Part shown: piece after piece, positions 21,896 through 32,994 of the stretch
Layout of the letters: each line of letters begins with the position of its first letter
Position numbering within the stretch: position 1 is the first letter of the stretch
The notes under the pieces: model-generated
Told to the model about the DNA's origin: nothing
What the model saw: the letters and a program-made list of their open reading frames with translations, nothing else
The model's database searches: none
Assembly: GCF_036971445.1 (NCBI RefSeq)
Contig: NC_091471.1
Coordinates: 234,980,001 to 235,044,000 of the forward strand
Length of the DNA stretch: 64,000 bases
Source: Narcine bancroftii
Taxonomy: Eukaryota
Direction: 5' to 3'
Program-made: the position numbers and the translations under genes

Positions 21896-22579
21896 GGGTT
21901 TGAACAGAGACACAGGGAGGGGGGTTTGAACAGGGGAATGGGAAGCGGAGGGTTTCACAGAGACAGGGAGGGGGGCAGAGGGGGGTGATCAGCTCTATCA
22001 ATGACTCCAAACCTGTAGAGTGAGGAAAAGGAGGCTTTATTACACTTTAGACTGGTCGCTGGCCTGATTCCAAGTGCTCGACTAAGGACAGGGAGAGGGA
22101 GGTCGACCTTTATTCCAGAGTCACAAGGGGAGGAGTTACCAGGGAGCTCAGCATTTACTTATTCCTACCACCACATTCACCCCCTTTTTTAAAACCAAAA
22201 CCGCACTGGGTTAAAATTCCTAGAGACTCAGCTGGCCAGGTGGTCTCCTTTGCCTCTGTGACTGGTGCAGTTCCACGCGAGGTATAATGGTCGGCTCCAT
22301 TGCCGGTCGTGTGTCCTGAGGCTGGGGAGGGAGGGCTTTGATGGAGGTGGGGCTTGGTTTAATGTGGGGCAGTTATGTTGGCTGGAGCAGCTGGAGCAGG
22401 GTACAGAATGTACGGCGTGATTGTGGGTGGGTTGCTGACCTGCACCGAGTCCCTGGCAGTATGGGTGTAGGTAGGGGCTGGGTTAAAGAAGATGGGGAGT
22501 GGGCAGGGGTCTCTGGCATGCGCCAGGTCCCAGGCGGGGACCGTGTCCTCATGGCCATCTGGGTACACCATGTAGGCAT

Positions 22580-23602
22580 TGTGATGTAATATTTGGGAAT
22601 GTTTTTTGGGAGATAAATTGGTAAAATTAGAGTATGTTACATACATACACATTTTAAAACAGATCTTATTTGAAATACTGAAGAATTCATATTCAGTAAC
22701 TTTACAGAAATTATGGAGAATGCTATCCACATTTCACAAGTAGGTGCTAATTGAAATGATGTCATGAAATGAATGGACTAGAGACACTCTGGCTGTTTGC
22801 AAGAGGTTTGACAGAGTGCACAGAAAGGTCACTCCTGGGTTCTTCTTTACCTAAAACAACAGATGGGAGCAAAAGACTAACTCCTATTGTTTGCTGGAGA
22901 AGGAGAAAGAGACTGATCTTTGGCTTGGCTTCGCGGACGAAGATTTATGGAGGGGGTAAATGTCCACGTCAGCTGCAGGCTCGTTTGTGGCTGACGTCCG
23001 ATGCGGGACAGGCAGACACGGTTGCAGCGGTTGAAGGGGAAAATTGGTTGGTTGGGGTTGGGTGTTGGATGACTGATCAGTCACAGCTGAAATAACCAGA
23101 AGCTTGTTGGAACTGAAACAGAAAGCTCCAGAGTGGCGGATGGTTGGAAGTGCTCCTCTTGGAATAAGTGGAACAGAATGGAACTCTGTGTTAGCCTGAA
23201 AGAAAAAGGTTATCATCTGGAGAACCCTGATAGGGTAAGTTTCATCAGCAAGACATTGAGGTGACTAATGGTGGTACCTCATTTGTGGAAATCCTGGAAC
23301 AACAAATCTCTCTCTGCAAACCCTACAAACCTTCCTGAGTGGTAAACGTTTACCTTTCGAGCACCAAAGCCTAGTGAACTTTATACATGTTAAATTCTGT
23401 GCACAGTATAAGAATTGCCTGCAACTAGTGAACTTGGAGAATGAGAAGTGAGATTGAACTGTGAACCAAAGAACTTTTCTTAAATTTACACACGCATCAC
23501 ATGCACATGCGCTTAGAGTTAGAACAACTTTTGTTTCAGTAACTACTTGTCTTGGTGAATGTCTATTGCTGCTGGGTTTTGGGGTCCTTTGGGCTCGTAA
23601 CA
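22580..23602. mobile_element. ~1-kb solo LTR inserted in Gypsy A integrase
   Basis: TG...CA termini (TGTGATG...CGTAACA); TSD GCAT at 22576-22579 and 23603-23606. Removing it restores NPQYAYMVYP. Confidence 0.82.
22919..23070 (-). mobile_element. 5'-truncated RTE-clade LINE 3' end nested in the solo LTR
   Basis: NRCNRVCLSRIG..SHKRAC-type C-terminus and CCAAGCCAAAGA tail; TSD GACTGATC at 22911-22918 and 23071-23078. A shorter copy lies at ~33045-33093. Confidence 0.75.
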
Positions 23603-23710
23603 GCATACTGAGGGTTGACATGCAGGAGTCACCTCTTCGACCAACGGGTCGGACGTGACCCCTTGAATAGTTCCAGAGTAGGACGGGTCCCGGGGGATGA
23701 GAGCCAAAGT

Positions 23711-24461
23711 GGTAAACACGCACGGGCCCACAAGGCCGACCCCCTGGTTGAGCAGGTGTTTGTTCCTCCAACACGCAAACCATAACTGCGCCTAAATCAG
23801 GTACCCCAGCGGCAGGGAAGACACAATCTCGATCAGGGACCTGGCACCAACAGGGGCACCCACTGTTACACAACAGCCCCCACTGCCCCAGGACCACGCT
23901 GGCCCGACGCATCTCCCCTGCCCTGGATATCTGTGGGACACCCAAGACCACGTCGGCCTGCCACGTTTTCCCCACTTTGGGCACCCCGTACACATTCAAA
24001 CTGCAGGGAACGACCCTCCAATGCCTCACATACGTTCTGACTCTGGCTGCCCCAGACACCCTACCGCGCTGCGCCACAGCAGCCATCCGGCACCCACCCC
24101 AGATCCCTCTGACTAGCACCCTTGCCTACCTTTTGCAATGAGCCAACCCCAGGACGGTCACAGAGACTCCGACGGCCGCCGAACCATCTGAACTTGTAAA
24201 TATATAGGGACCTGTCTGTGGAAGATTGTCATGTAACCTCCACGCACCCGGACAATTTTAAAGAAGGGGGTGAATGTGGCCTACACCAGGGTGGGACCTG
24301 TCCACCCCACCACAGGATATAAGCCACATCCGGCTCCTCTCGAGGTCAGTCACTCACGAGCAAGGTAAAGCTGGCCACAGTAGAGACTTGAATTTGAATA
24401 AAGCCTGCTGTTTCAGTCTTTGAATCTTGTGTCTGCTTTACTGTCACCACAGTGCATCACA
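23711..24461 (+). mobile_element. Gypsy LTR-retrotransposon 3' end B (integrase C-terminus, PPT, 187-bp LTR 24275-24461)
   Basis: On +: HKADPLVEQV..HAN...YPSGREDTISIRDLAP...GRSQRLRRPPNHLNL*. PPT AAAGAAGGGGGTGAA; LTR TGTGG...TCACA with TATAAG and AATAAA (24397-24402). Confidence 0.82.
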
Positions 24462-27262
24462 GGGGGTCGGGGAGTGGAGAGGAGAGGGGTTAGAGAGACA
24501 GGGAGGGGATTTGAACAGGTGGTCGAGGAGCAGATGCGGGTACAAAGACAGGGAGGGGATATGAACAGGGGGTCAGGGAGCAGAGGGGGTTAGAGAGACA
24601 GGGAGGGGGTTTGAACAGGGTTTCGGGGAGTGGAGAGGGTTACAGAGACAAGGAGGGGGGATGGAACAGGGGGATGGGGAGTGGAGGGGGTTTGAACAGG
24701 GGGACGGGGAGTGGAGGGGGTTACAGAGACAAGGAGAGGGGTGGAACAGGGGGACGGGGAGTGGAGAGGCTTTGGAACGGGGACGGGGAGTGGAGGAGGT
24801 TTGAACAGGGGAACGGGGAGTGGAGGGGGTTTGAACAAGGGGTCAGGGAGTGGAGGGGGTTTGAACAAGGGGTCAGGGAGTGGAGGGGGTTTGGAATGGG
24901 GACGGGGAGTGGAGGGGGTAACAGAGACATGGAAGGGGGGGTGGAACAGGGGGACGGGGAGTGGAGGGGGTTTGGAATAGGGGGACAGGGAGTGGAGGAG
25001 GTTTGAACAGGGGGACAGGGAGTGGAGGGGGTTTGAACAAGGGGACGGGGAGTGGAGGGGGTTTGAACAAGGGGACAGGGAGTGGAGGGGGGGTTTGAAC
25101 GGGGACGGGGAGTGAAAGGGGTTTGAACGGGGAAGGGGAGTGGAGGGGGTTTGAACAAGGGGGCAGGGAGTGGAAGGGGTTTGGAACGGGGGATGGGGAG
25201 TGGAGGGGGTAACAGACAAGGAGGGGGGGTGGAACAGGGGGACAGGGAGTGGAGGGGGGTTTGAACAGGGAGATGGAGAGTGGAGGGGGGGTTTGAACAA
25301 GGGGACAGGGAGTGGAGGGGGGGTTTGAACAAGGGGACGGGGAGTGGAGGGGGTATGAACAGGGGTTGAGGAGCGGAGGGGGTTAGAGACAGGGGGACGG
25401 GGAGTGGAGGGGGTTTGAACAGGGGGACGGGGAGTGGAGGGGGTTACAGAGACAAGGAGAGGGGTGGAACAGGGGGACGGGGAGTGGAGGGGCTTTGGAA
25501 TGGGGACGGGGAGTGGAGGTTTGAACAGGGGAACGGGGAGTGGAGGGGGTTTGAACAAGGGGTCAGGGAGTGGAGGGGGTTTGGAATGGGGACGGGGAGT
25601 GGAGGGGGTAACAGAGACATGGAGGGGGGTGGAACAGGGGGACGGGGAGTGGAGGGGGTTTGGAATGGGGGACAGGGAGTGGAGGAGGTTTGAACAGGGG
25701 ACGGGGAGTGGAGGGGGTTTGAACAAGGGGACAGGGAGTGGAGGGAGGGTTTGAACGGGGACGGGGAGTGAAAGGGGTTTGAACGGGGAAGGGGAGTGGA
25801 GGGGGTTTGAACAAGGGGGCAGGGAGTGGAAGGGGTTTGGAACGGGGGATGGGGAGTGGAGGGGGTAACAGACAAGGAGGGGGGGTGGAACAGGGGGACA
25901 GGGAGTGGAGGGGGGTTTGAACAGGGAGATGGAGAGTGGAGGGGGGGTTTGAACAAGGGGACAGGGAGTGGAGGGGGGGTTTGAACAAGGGGACGGGGAG
26001 TGGAGGGGGTATGAACAGGGGTTGAGGAGCGGAGGGGGTTAGAGACAGGGGGACGGGGAGTGGAGGGGGTTTGAACAGGGGGACGGGGAGTGGAGGGGGT
26101 TACAGAGACAAGGAGAGGGGTGGAACAGGGGGATGGGGAGTGGAGGGGCTTTGGAATGGGGACGGGGAGTGGAGGTTTGAACAGGGGAACGGGGAGTGGA
26201 GGGGGTTTGAACAAGGGGTCAGGGAGTGGAGGGGGTTTGGAATGGGGACGGGGAGTGGAGGGGGTAACAGAGACATGGAGGGGGGTGGAACAGGGGGACG
26301 GGGAGTGGAGGGGGTTTGGAATGGGGGACAGGGAGTGGAGGAGGTTTGAACAGGGGACGGGGAGTGGAGGGGGTTTGAACAAGGGGACAGGGAGTGGAGG
26401 GAGGGTTTGAACGGGGACGGGGAGTGGAGGGGGTTTGAACAAGGGGACGGGGAGTGGAGGGGGTTTGAACAAGGGGGCAGGGAGTGGAGGGGGTTTGGAA
26501 CAGGGGGACGGGGAGTGGAGGTGGTAACAGACAAGGAGGGGGGGTGGAACAGGGGGACAGGGAGTGGAGGGGGGTTTGAACAGGGAGATGGAGAGTGGAG
26601 GGGGGGTTTGAACAAGGGGACAGGGAGTGGAGGGGGGGGTTTGAACAAGGGGACGGGGAGTGGAGGGGGTATGAACAGGGGTTGAGGAGCGGAGGGGGTT
26701 AGAGACAGGGGGATGGGGAGTGGAGGGGGGTTTGAACAGGGGTCAGGGAATGGAAGGGGGTTTGAACTGGGGGATGGGGAGTAGAAGGGGTTACAGAGAC
26801 AAGGGGGGGTAGAACAGGGAGTTAAGGGGTTTGAACAGGGGACGGGGAGTGGCGGGGGATCTGAACAGGGGGACGGGGAGTGGAGGGGGGTCTGAACAGG
26901 GGGACGGGGAGTGGAGGGGGGTCTGAACAGGGGGACGGGGAGTGGAAGGGGGTCCGAACAGGGGGACGGGGAGCGGAGGGGGGTCTGAACAGGGGGACGG
27001 GGAGCGGAGGGGGTCTGAACAGGGGGACGGGGAGTGGAAGGGGGTCCGAACAGGGGGACAGGGAGTGGAGGGGGGTCCGAACAGGGGGACGGGGAGTGGA
27101 GGGGGGTCTGAACGGGGGGACGGGGAGCGGAGGGGGGTCTGAACAGGGGGACGGGGAGTGGAAGGGGTTCCGAACAGGGGGACGGGGAGTGGAGGGGTGT
27201 CTGAACAGGGGGACGGGGAATGGAAGGGGGTCCGAACAGGGGGACGGGGAGTGGAGGGGGGT
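24462..27262. repeat. G-rich ~30-bp minisatellite (GGGGAGTGGAGGGGGTTTGAACAGGGGGAC) with internal 656-bp duplication
   Basis: Near-identical ORFs at 25415 and 26071 (offset 656). The family also occurs at 16315-16770, 18615-18860 and 21895-21985. Confidence 0.9.
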
Positions 27263-27394
27263 ATGCAACAGACATGATGTCCTCAGGTGGGATCTTTCCA
27301 TGCACCCACGATCCCAATCTCTGAACTGCACTCAGCAGCACCACCAGGAGACCCCTCCATCTAAGTGGAGGTCAGTCCCACAGGTGGTCCCTTC

Positions 27395-28183
27395 CCCATG
27401 ACGTCACAGGGCGCCGCTAGTTGATTGGCTGACCTGTCCGCAATGCCTCGTCTGTGCCCTCTCACCCATCGCGTCATCTCTAGAATTTGGGAGATCACGA
27501 AAGAGGAAATTCGTGAGAGAATTTATTCGTTCTCTGTTTTTCAATGAAAATTGGACAAAATTATCAAATAAAGTGGAATTACACCTAAGATTTACATACT
27601 TTAGCCCTCTCGCCTTCATTCCTAGCATTAGGCGAGGTTTTTGGGGAATATTTCAGCATCCAACTGTTTCATGGATCTTTTTCCCTTTAAAGGTTTCCCC
27701 TGAATAGTCTTCATGGCAAGCTGTCAATCAGCCTGCCGATCCTGGCTGTGATTGGCTTATGTCTGCGGCAGAAGACCCGCCCTTTTGCGGTAGCGGTTGG
27801 GCGACAGTTGGAGCGTGCGTGCGGGAGGAGGGCGACGGGATTTGAAAAGCGGCCAATCAGTGCGCGGGACGGTCGAACCGCGGTCCCATATGGTGTCTGT
27901 CGAGAGGTGCTGGTTGGAGGAGCGTGGCGATTGGCGTAGTGGGTTGCCGGTGATTAGCCATCATGGGAATGCGGTGGTGATTGGTGGAGAGAAGGCTCTC
28001 GGGTCATGATTGGCGATGCGGTTCTGGAGGGAGGGGAGGGCATGAGCGGTGGGCGGGAGCCGGCGCCGGTTGGTTGATTTAGCCGAGGAGGCGGGATGTG
28101 ATCATGGGAGCCGTCCCTGATTGGCTTCGCTGAAGCGAAGGAGGTGGGATTTGGTCGAGCGAGAGAGAGGCGGCGAAGCCAGG
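27395..28183 (+). promoter_or_regulatory. CpG-rich UBE2S promoter: CRE, multiple CCAAT boxes, CHR, E2F-like sites
   Basis: TGACGTCA 27399-27406; ATTGG/CCAAT at 27424, 27751, 27853, 27930, 27980, 28009, 28120; TTTGAA 27841-27846; GCGCGGGA ~27862; YY1-like GATGGCGGC over the ATG. Confidence 0.75.
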
Positions 28184-28192
28184 ATGGCGGCT
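28184..28192 (+). CDS. UBE2S: UBE2S coding exon 1 (MAA)
   Basis: AGGATGG Kozak context, then ATG GCG GCT|GTGAGT; phase 0 matches exon 2. Confidence 0.75.
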
Positions 28193-28229
28193 GTGAGTGA
28201 GGCCTAGTCGGCAGGCTGTGGAGGAGAAG

Positions 28230-29635
28230 GATACACGCAGGGAGAGGGAGCGCCCCATTCAGGGGGGAGGGAGAGGGTGCTGAGGGAGGGGAGAGAGGGA
28301 GCGTCCCACACAAGGGGGAGGGAGAGGGGACAGGGAGAGGAGAGAAGGAGCGCCCCGTTCCGTGGTGAGGGAGAGGGGGCTGAAGGATGGGAGAGAGGGA
28401 GAAAGGAAGCGCCCCACTCAGTGGTGAGGTTGAGGGTGCACAGGGAGGGGAGAGGGAGCGCCCCACTCAGGGAGAGGAAGCGCTCCATTCAGTGGGAAGG
28501 GAGAGAGGTTGAGGGTGCACAGGGAGGGGAGAGGGAGCGCTCCATTCAGTGGGAAGGGAGAGAGGGAGCGTCCCACACAAGGTGGAGGGAGAGGGAGGGG
28601 GACAGGGAGAGGAGAGAGGAAGCGCCCCACTCAGTGGTGAGGGTGCACAGGGAGTGGAGAGGGAGCGCCCCACTCAGTGGGGAGGGGAGAGGGAGCGCCC
28701 CACTCAGTGGGGAGGGGAGAGGGAGCGCCCCACTCAGTGGGGAGGGGAGAGGGAGCGCCCCACTCAGTGGGGAGGGGAGAGGGAGCGCCCCACTCAGTGG
28801 GAGGGGAGAGGGAGCGCCCCACAGTGGGGAGTGGAGAGGGAGCGCCCCTCTCAGTGGGGAGGGAGAGGGGACAGGGATGGGAGAGGGAGCACCCCACTGA
28901 GTGGGGATGGAAACGGGGCTCTGAGTGAGGAGGGGACTGAATGAACAGGGAGTGTGGAGGAGCCTGGGTGAACGGGCAATGTAGAGGGACCTGGGTGAAC
29001 GGGGAGTGGGGAGGGACCTGGTGAACGGGGAGTGGGGAGGGGTCTGGGGGAGTGGGGAGGGGTCTGGGGGAGTGGGGAGGGGTCTGGGGGAGTGGGGAGG
29101 GGCCTGGGTGAACGGGGAGGGGCCTGGGTGAACGGGGAGGGGCCTGGGTGAACGGGGAGGGGCCTGGGTGAACGGGGAGGGGCCTGGGTGAACGGGGAGG
29201 GGCCTGGGTGAACGGGGAGTGGGGAGGGGCCTGGGTGAACGGGGAGTGGGGAGGGGCCTGGGTGAACGGGGAGTGGGGAGGGGCCTGGGTGAACGGGGAG
29301 TGGGGAGGGGCCTGGGTGAACGGGGACTGGGTCTGGGTTTGGTTGAATGGGGCGGGGGTGGTGAATGGGAGTTTGGAGGAGCCTGGGTGAATGGAGAAGG
29401 GTCTGGGTGAACGGGGAGTGGGTGAACGGGGAGCGGGGAAGGGTCTGGGCGAACGGGGAAGGGTCTGGGCGAACGGGGAAGGGTCTGGGCGAACGGGGAA
29501 GGGTCTGGGCGAACGGGGAGAGGGAAAGGGTCTGGGCGAGCGGGGAAAGGTCTGGGTGAGCGTGGATGGGTCTGGTTGAACGGGGAGCGGGGAGGGGTCT
29601 GGTTGAACGGGGAGCGGGGAGGGGTCTGGTTGAAT
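28230..29635. repeat. G-rich tandem repeats in UBE2S intron 1 (30-bp GGGAGAGGGAGCGCCCCACTCAGTGGGGAG; 20/25-bp GGCCTGGGTGAACGGGGAG)
   Basis: Several near-perfect arrays are visible. Confidence 0.88.
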
Positions 29636-29689
29636 GGTGGTGTGGGAGCCCTCTGAATGTGAATCTTCTTCACCCCTTCGATGCTGCAG

Positions 29690-29837
29690 AATGCCAATGT
29701 GGAAAACCTCCCCCCCCACATCATCCGGCAGGTGTGGAAGGAGGTCTCCACCCTCTCTGCAGAGCCCCCTGAGGGCATCAAGATCATCACCAACGAGGAG
29801 GACATCACTGACCTACAGGCCACCATCGAAGGGCCAG
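29690..29837 (+). CDS. UBE2S: UBE2S exon 2
   Basis: [49 protein letters not shown]; CAG acceptor, G|GTAGGG donor. Confidence 0.96.
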
Positions 29838-30169
29838 GTAGGGAGACTACACTCCAGCTAGTAGGGGTAATAGGGCATCTCCTTTCATGGGCTATATGGG
29901 GCTGTGAGGAGGGAGTCATTATGGGAACTGACAGAGGACTGTGGGGTGGGAGTCACTTTGGGGATTGACGGGGCTGTGGGGAGGGAGTCACTGAGAGGAT
30001 TGACACAGGTCTGGGGAGAGTGTCACTGGGGACTGACAGGTGACTGTGTGGAGTGTGTCAGTGTAAGACTGATGGGTCTGTGGGTTAAGTTTCAGTGTGG
30101 AGACTGACAGGGGTCTGTGGGGGGGGATCAATTTGGGGACTGACAGGGCTATATGGAGAATGTGTGTGA

Positions 30170-30660
30170 AGAGGGTGTGTGAGAAGAGAGTGTGCGAAGA
30201 GAGAGTGCGGGGGGAGAGAGTGTGCGGGGGGAGAGAGTGTGCGGGGGGAGAGAGTGTGCGGGGGGAGAGAGTGTGCGGGGGGAGAGAGTGTGCGGGGGGA
30301 GAGAGTGTGCGGGGGGAGAGAGTGTGCGGGGGGAGAGAGTGTGCGGGGGGAGAGAGTGTGCGGGGGGAGAGCGTGCGGGGGGGAGAGCGTGCGGGGGGGG
30401 GAGCGTGCGGGGGGGGGAGCGTGCGGGGGGGGGAGCGTGCGGGGGGGGGAGCGTGCGGGGGGGGGAGCGTGCGGGGGGGGAGCGTGCGGGGGGGGAGCGT
30501 GCGGGGGGGGGGAGCGTGGGGAGGGAGCGCGTGGGGAGGGAGCGCGTGGGGAGGGAGCGCGTGGGGAGGGAGCGCGTGGGGAGGGAGCGCGTGGGGAGAG
30601 AGCGCGTGGGGAGAGAGCGCGTGGGGAGAGAGCGCGTGGGGAGAGAGCGCGTGGGGACTC
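30170..30660. repeat. 16-17-bp G-rich arrays in UBE2S intron 2 (GGGGGAGAGAGTGTGCG grading to GGGGAGAGAGCGCGT)
   Basis: Perfect short-period units whose sequence changes progressively along the array. Confidence 0.9.
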
Positions 30661-31133
30661 ACGGGGCTGTGCGGACTGACAGGTGGCTGTAGGGAGGGAG
30701 TCAGTGTGGGGATGGAAATGGGGCTCTAGGGAGGGAGTCATTGTGGGGATGGAAATGGGGCTCTGGGGAGGGAGTCAGTGTGGGGACTGATAGGTGGCTG
30801 TAGGGAGGGAGTCAGTGTGGGGACTCACATGGGGCTGTGGGGAGGGGGTCAGGGTGGGGACTGGCATGGAGCTGTTAGCAGGGGGTGGTCACACGTCCCC
30901 TGTCTTGTATTTGGGAGGGGGCATCATGGACGTTGAAGGTTTAGCCAGTCTGGGAATGGACTCACTGAGACACAGGTACAGTGTTCCATCACATGCTTCA
31001 TGAACACAGGAGGTTGTTTACATGGATGTTGGACTCTCTTTTCCCCCCTCCCCCCCCCTTCCCCCTCAACCCTCTCTCTGCACCACCCCCCACCCACTCC
31101 TCCTTCTCACCCATCTGCTTCCCCCCTCCCCAG

Positions 31134-31324
31134 ACGGGACGCCGTACGCTGGTGGTCTGTTCCGGATGAAACTCGTGCTGAACAAGGACTTCCCTTCCTG
31201 CCCGCCGAAGGCGTTTTTTCTCACCCGCATCTTCCACCCCAATGTCAGCCCGAGCGGGGAGATCTGCGTCAACATCCTGCAGAGGGACTGGCGGCCCGAA
31301 CTGGGGCTGCGGCACGTTCTGCTG
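31134..31324 (+). CDS. UBE2S: UBE2S exon 3 (HPN motif and catalytic Cys)
   Basis: [13 protein letters not shown]...[32 protein letters not shown]; canonical AG/GT sites. Confidence 0.97.
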
Positions 31325-31715
31325 GTGGGTGGGCGGTGTGGGATTGGGAGGGGTTGGGGTAGAGGAAGTGGGAGGGGATGAGGATGGGGAAGGGTGTGGA
31401 AAGGTGGTTGTTTGAGGGGATGGGGTGGGAAGGGGAGGAGGAATGGGGGGGTCTGGGTTTGGAGGGATGTGGCTGAACTGATGCTCTGGCACTTCCTGCG
31501 GTATCACCAATATCCCTCGGGGTGTGGGGTGCATATCTTCATCCTTGACCATCCCTCCCCCCGCCTCACTGCCGTGGAGCCACCCCTCCCTCAGTGCTGA
31601 TTATCTCTCTCTCTGTTCCTCCTCCTTGCCTGTCTCATCCCTCTATCTCCCTCCTCAACCCCTCCCTCTGTCCCTTCACCTCCCTCCCGTCTCGCTTTTC
31701 CCCCTTGCTCCCCAG

Positions 31716-31994
31716 ACCATCAAGTGCCTGTTAATCCAGCCAAACCCAGAGTCTGCGTTGAATGAGGAGGCTGGACGGCTGCTCCTGGAGGAGTACGGGG
31801 AGTATGCCTCGCGTGCCCGCCTCCTGACGGAGATCCACGCCCGCGGGCGGGCCCACGAACCCTCGCCGCCCACTGCCTCTGCCCCTGCTTCCCCGCCTCT
31901 GCCCCCCGACGGACCCCTGGCCAAGAAGCATGCTGGAGACAAGAGGCCCCCCAAGAAGAAGGGCGAGAAGAAGCGGGCGCTGCGCAGGCTCTAG
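31716..31994 (+). CDS. UBE2S: UBE2S exon 4 (APC/C-binding basic tail)
   Basis: [25 protein letters not shown]...[13 protein letters not shown]. Total CDS 627 nt = 208 aa. Confidence 0.97.
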   Translation, partial: TIKCLLIQPNPESALNEEAGRLLLEEYGEYASRARLLTEIHARGRAHEPSPPTASAPASPPLPPDGPLAKKHAGDKRPPKKKGEKKRALRRL

Positions 31995-32520
31995 GACCTT
32001 GTGTAACACCTCCTCCGGGCTCCCACAAAGGCCAGGGTGCTAGGATCCTGCAGCAACCTTTTGGAAAACAAGGGTGCGAAGACCCTGCGGCAACCCTACC
32101 CCGGTCTCTTGGACCCTGCGGCAACCCTACCCCGGTCTCTTGGACCCTGCGGCAACCCTATCTTGGACTCTGCACCCCCCTCACCTCGACTGTTGGACCC
32201 CACCACAAACCTGTCCTGGAGACCAGGAGCTACAGGACCCTGCAGCACTCCTCACCCAGGCTTCTGGACCCAGTGACATCCCTGCCCCGGAGATCAGGGT
32301 GTCTCAGATCCTGTGGCACATGTCCCAGGTGGTCTAGGACCTTGTGGAACTCCTCACCCAGAAATCAGGACCCTGCAGAAACCCTCTCCCTGGCTTTAGG
32401 CCTTGCGGCACCCCTCTCCAAGAGACCAGGGCTCTAGGACCCTGCAGAACTCCTCCCTCAGAGACCAGGGGCTCCAGGACCCTGAGGAACCCCTCTCCTT
32501 GGCTCTCAGCCCTGCGGCAC
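31995..32520 (+). repeat. Degenerate ~31-36-bp repeat (GGACCCTGCGGCAACCCT...) at the start of the UBE2S 3' UTR
   Basis: Repeated GGACCCTGC/GGACCTTG units beginning right after the stop codon. Confidence 0.7.
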
Positions 32521-32916
32521 CCCTCCCCCAGAGATCAGGGGCTCCTTTTTCACTTTTGTAACAAAAAAATGTAACGACAAAAAAAACCCTTGATGGCCCC
32601 TTTGCTCTGGTCTTTGGGACAGGGTTGGTTCTGACCACTGTGTAAGTTATTATTGGTGTTAACCCTCCTTCCCCCTCCCAAACAGACAGTTGCCACTCTG
32701 TCCCCCTCTCGACATTTGCAACCCCCTTAACCTTCCCCCCCCCCCTCACAGTGTCCTCACACACTCACAGTGTGTGACAGGACAGGGGAGAGTGAGCTTC
32801 ACTCTGTAGGGTAGAGGGGGCTTCACTCTGTGTCCCACCCGAGTGTGTGACAGGACAGGGGAGAGGAAGCTTCGCTCTGTGTCCCACCCCGATTCTTCCC
32901 TGTTCTCTTCCCTGTA

Positions 32917-32951
32917 AATAAAGGAGATGACTGCATTGAGTTTATATTAAA
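32917..32951 (+). terminator. Probable UBE2S polyadenylation signals
   Basis: AATAAA 32917-32922 and ATTAAA 32946-32951, followed by TGTGTGTG. Confidence 0.6.
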
Positions 32952-32994
32952 CCTTGTGTGTGAGAATTCATCGACCCAGCTGTCTATGTCTGTG

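Larger units (their letters stand above)
21986..23710 (-). mobile_element. Gypsy LTR-retrotransposon 3' end A (integrase C-terminus, PPT, 190-bp LTR 21986-22175)
   Basis: On -: WLSSPGPVLL..SDPLVEEVTLLHVNPQYA|YMVYPDGHEDTV..DLA...SQRQRRPPGQLSL*. PPT AAAAAAGGGGGTGAA, then LTR TGTGG...GATCA containing AATAAAGCC. Confidence 0.82.

Noticed and set aside
24590-30741. Long Pro-rich and Gly-rich ORFs around the UBE2S promoter and introns
   Set aside because: Products of G-rich minisatellites; the real exons are short and splice-defined.
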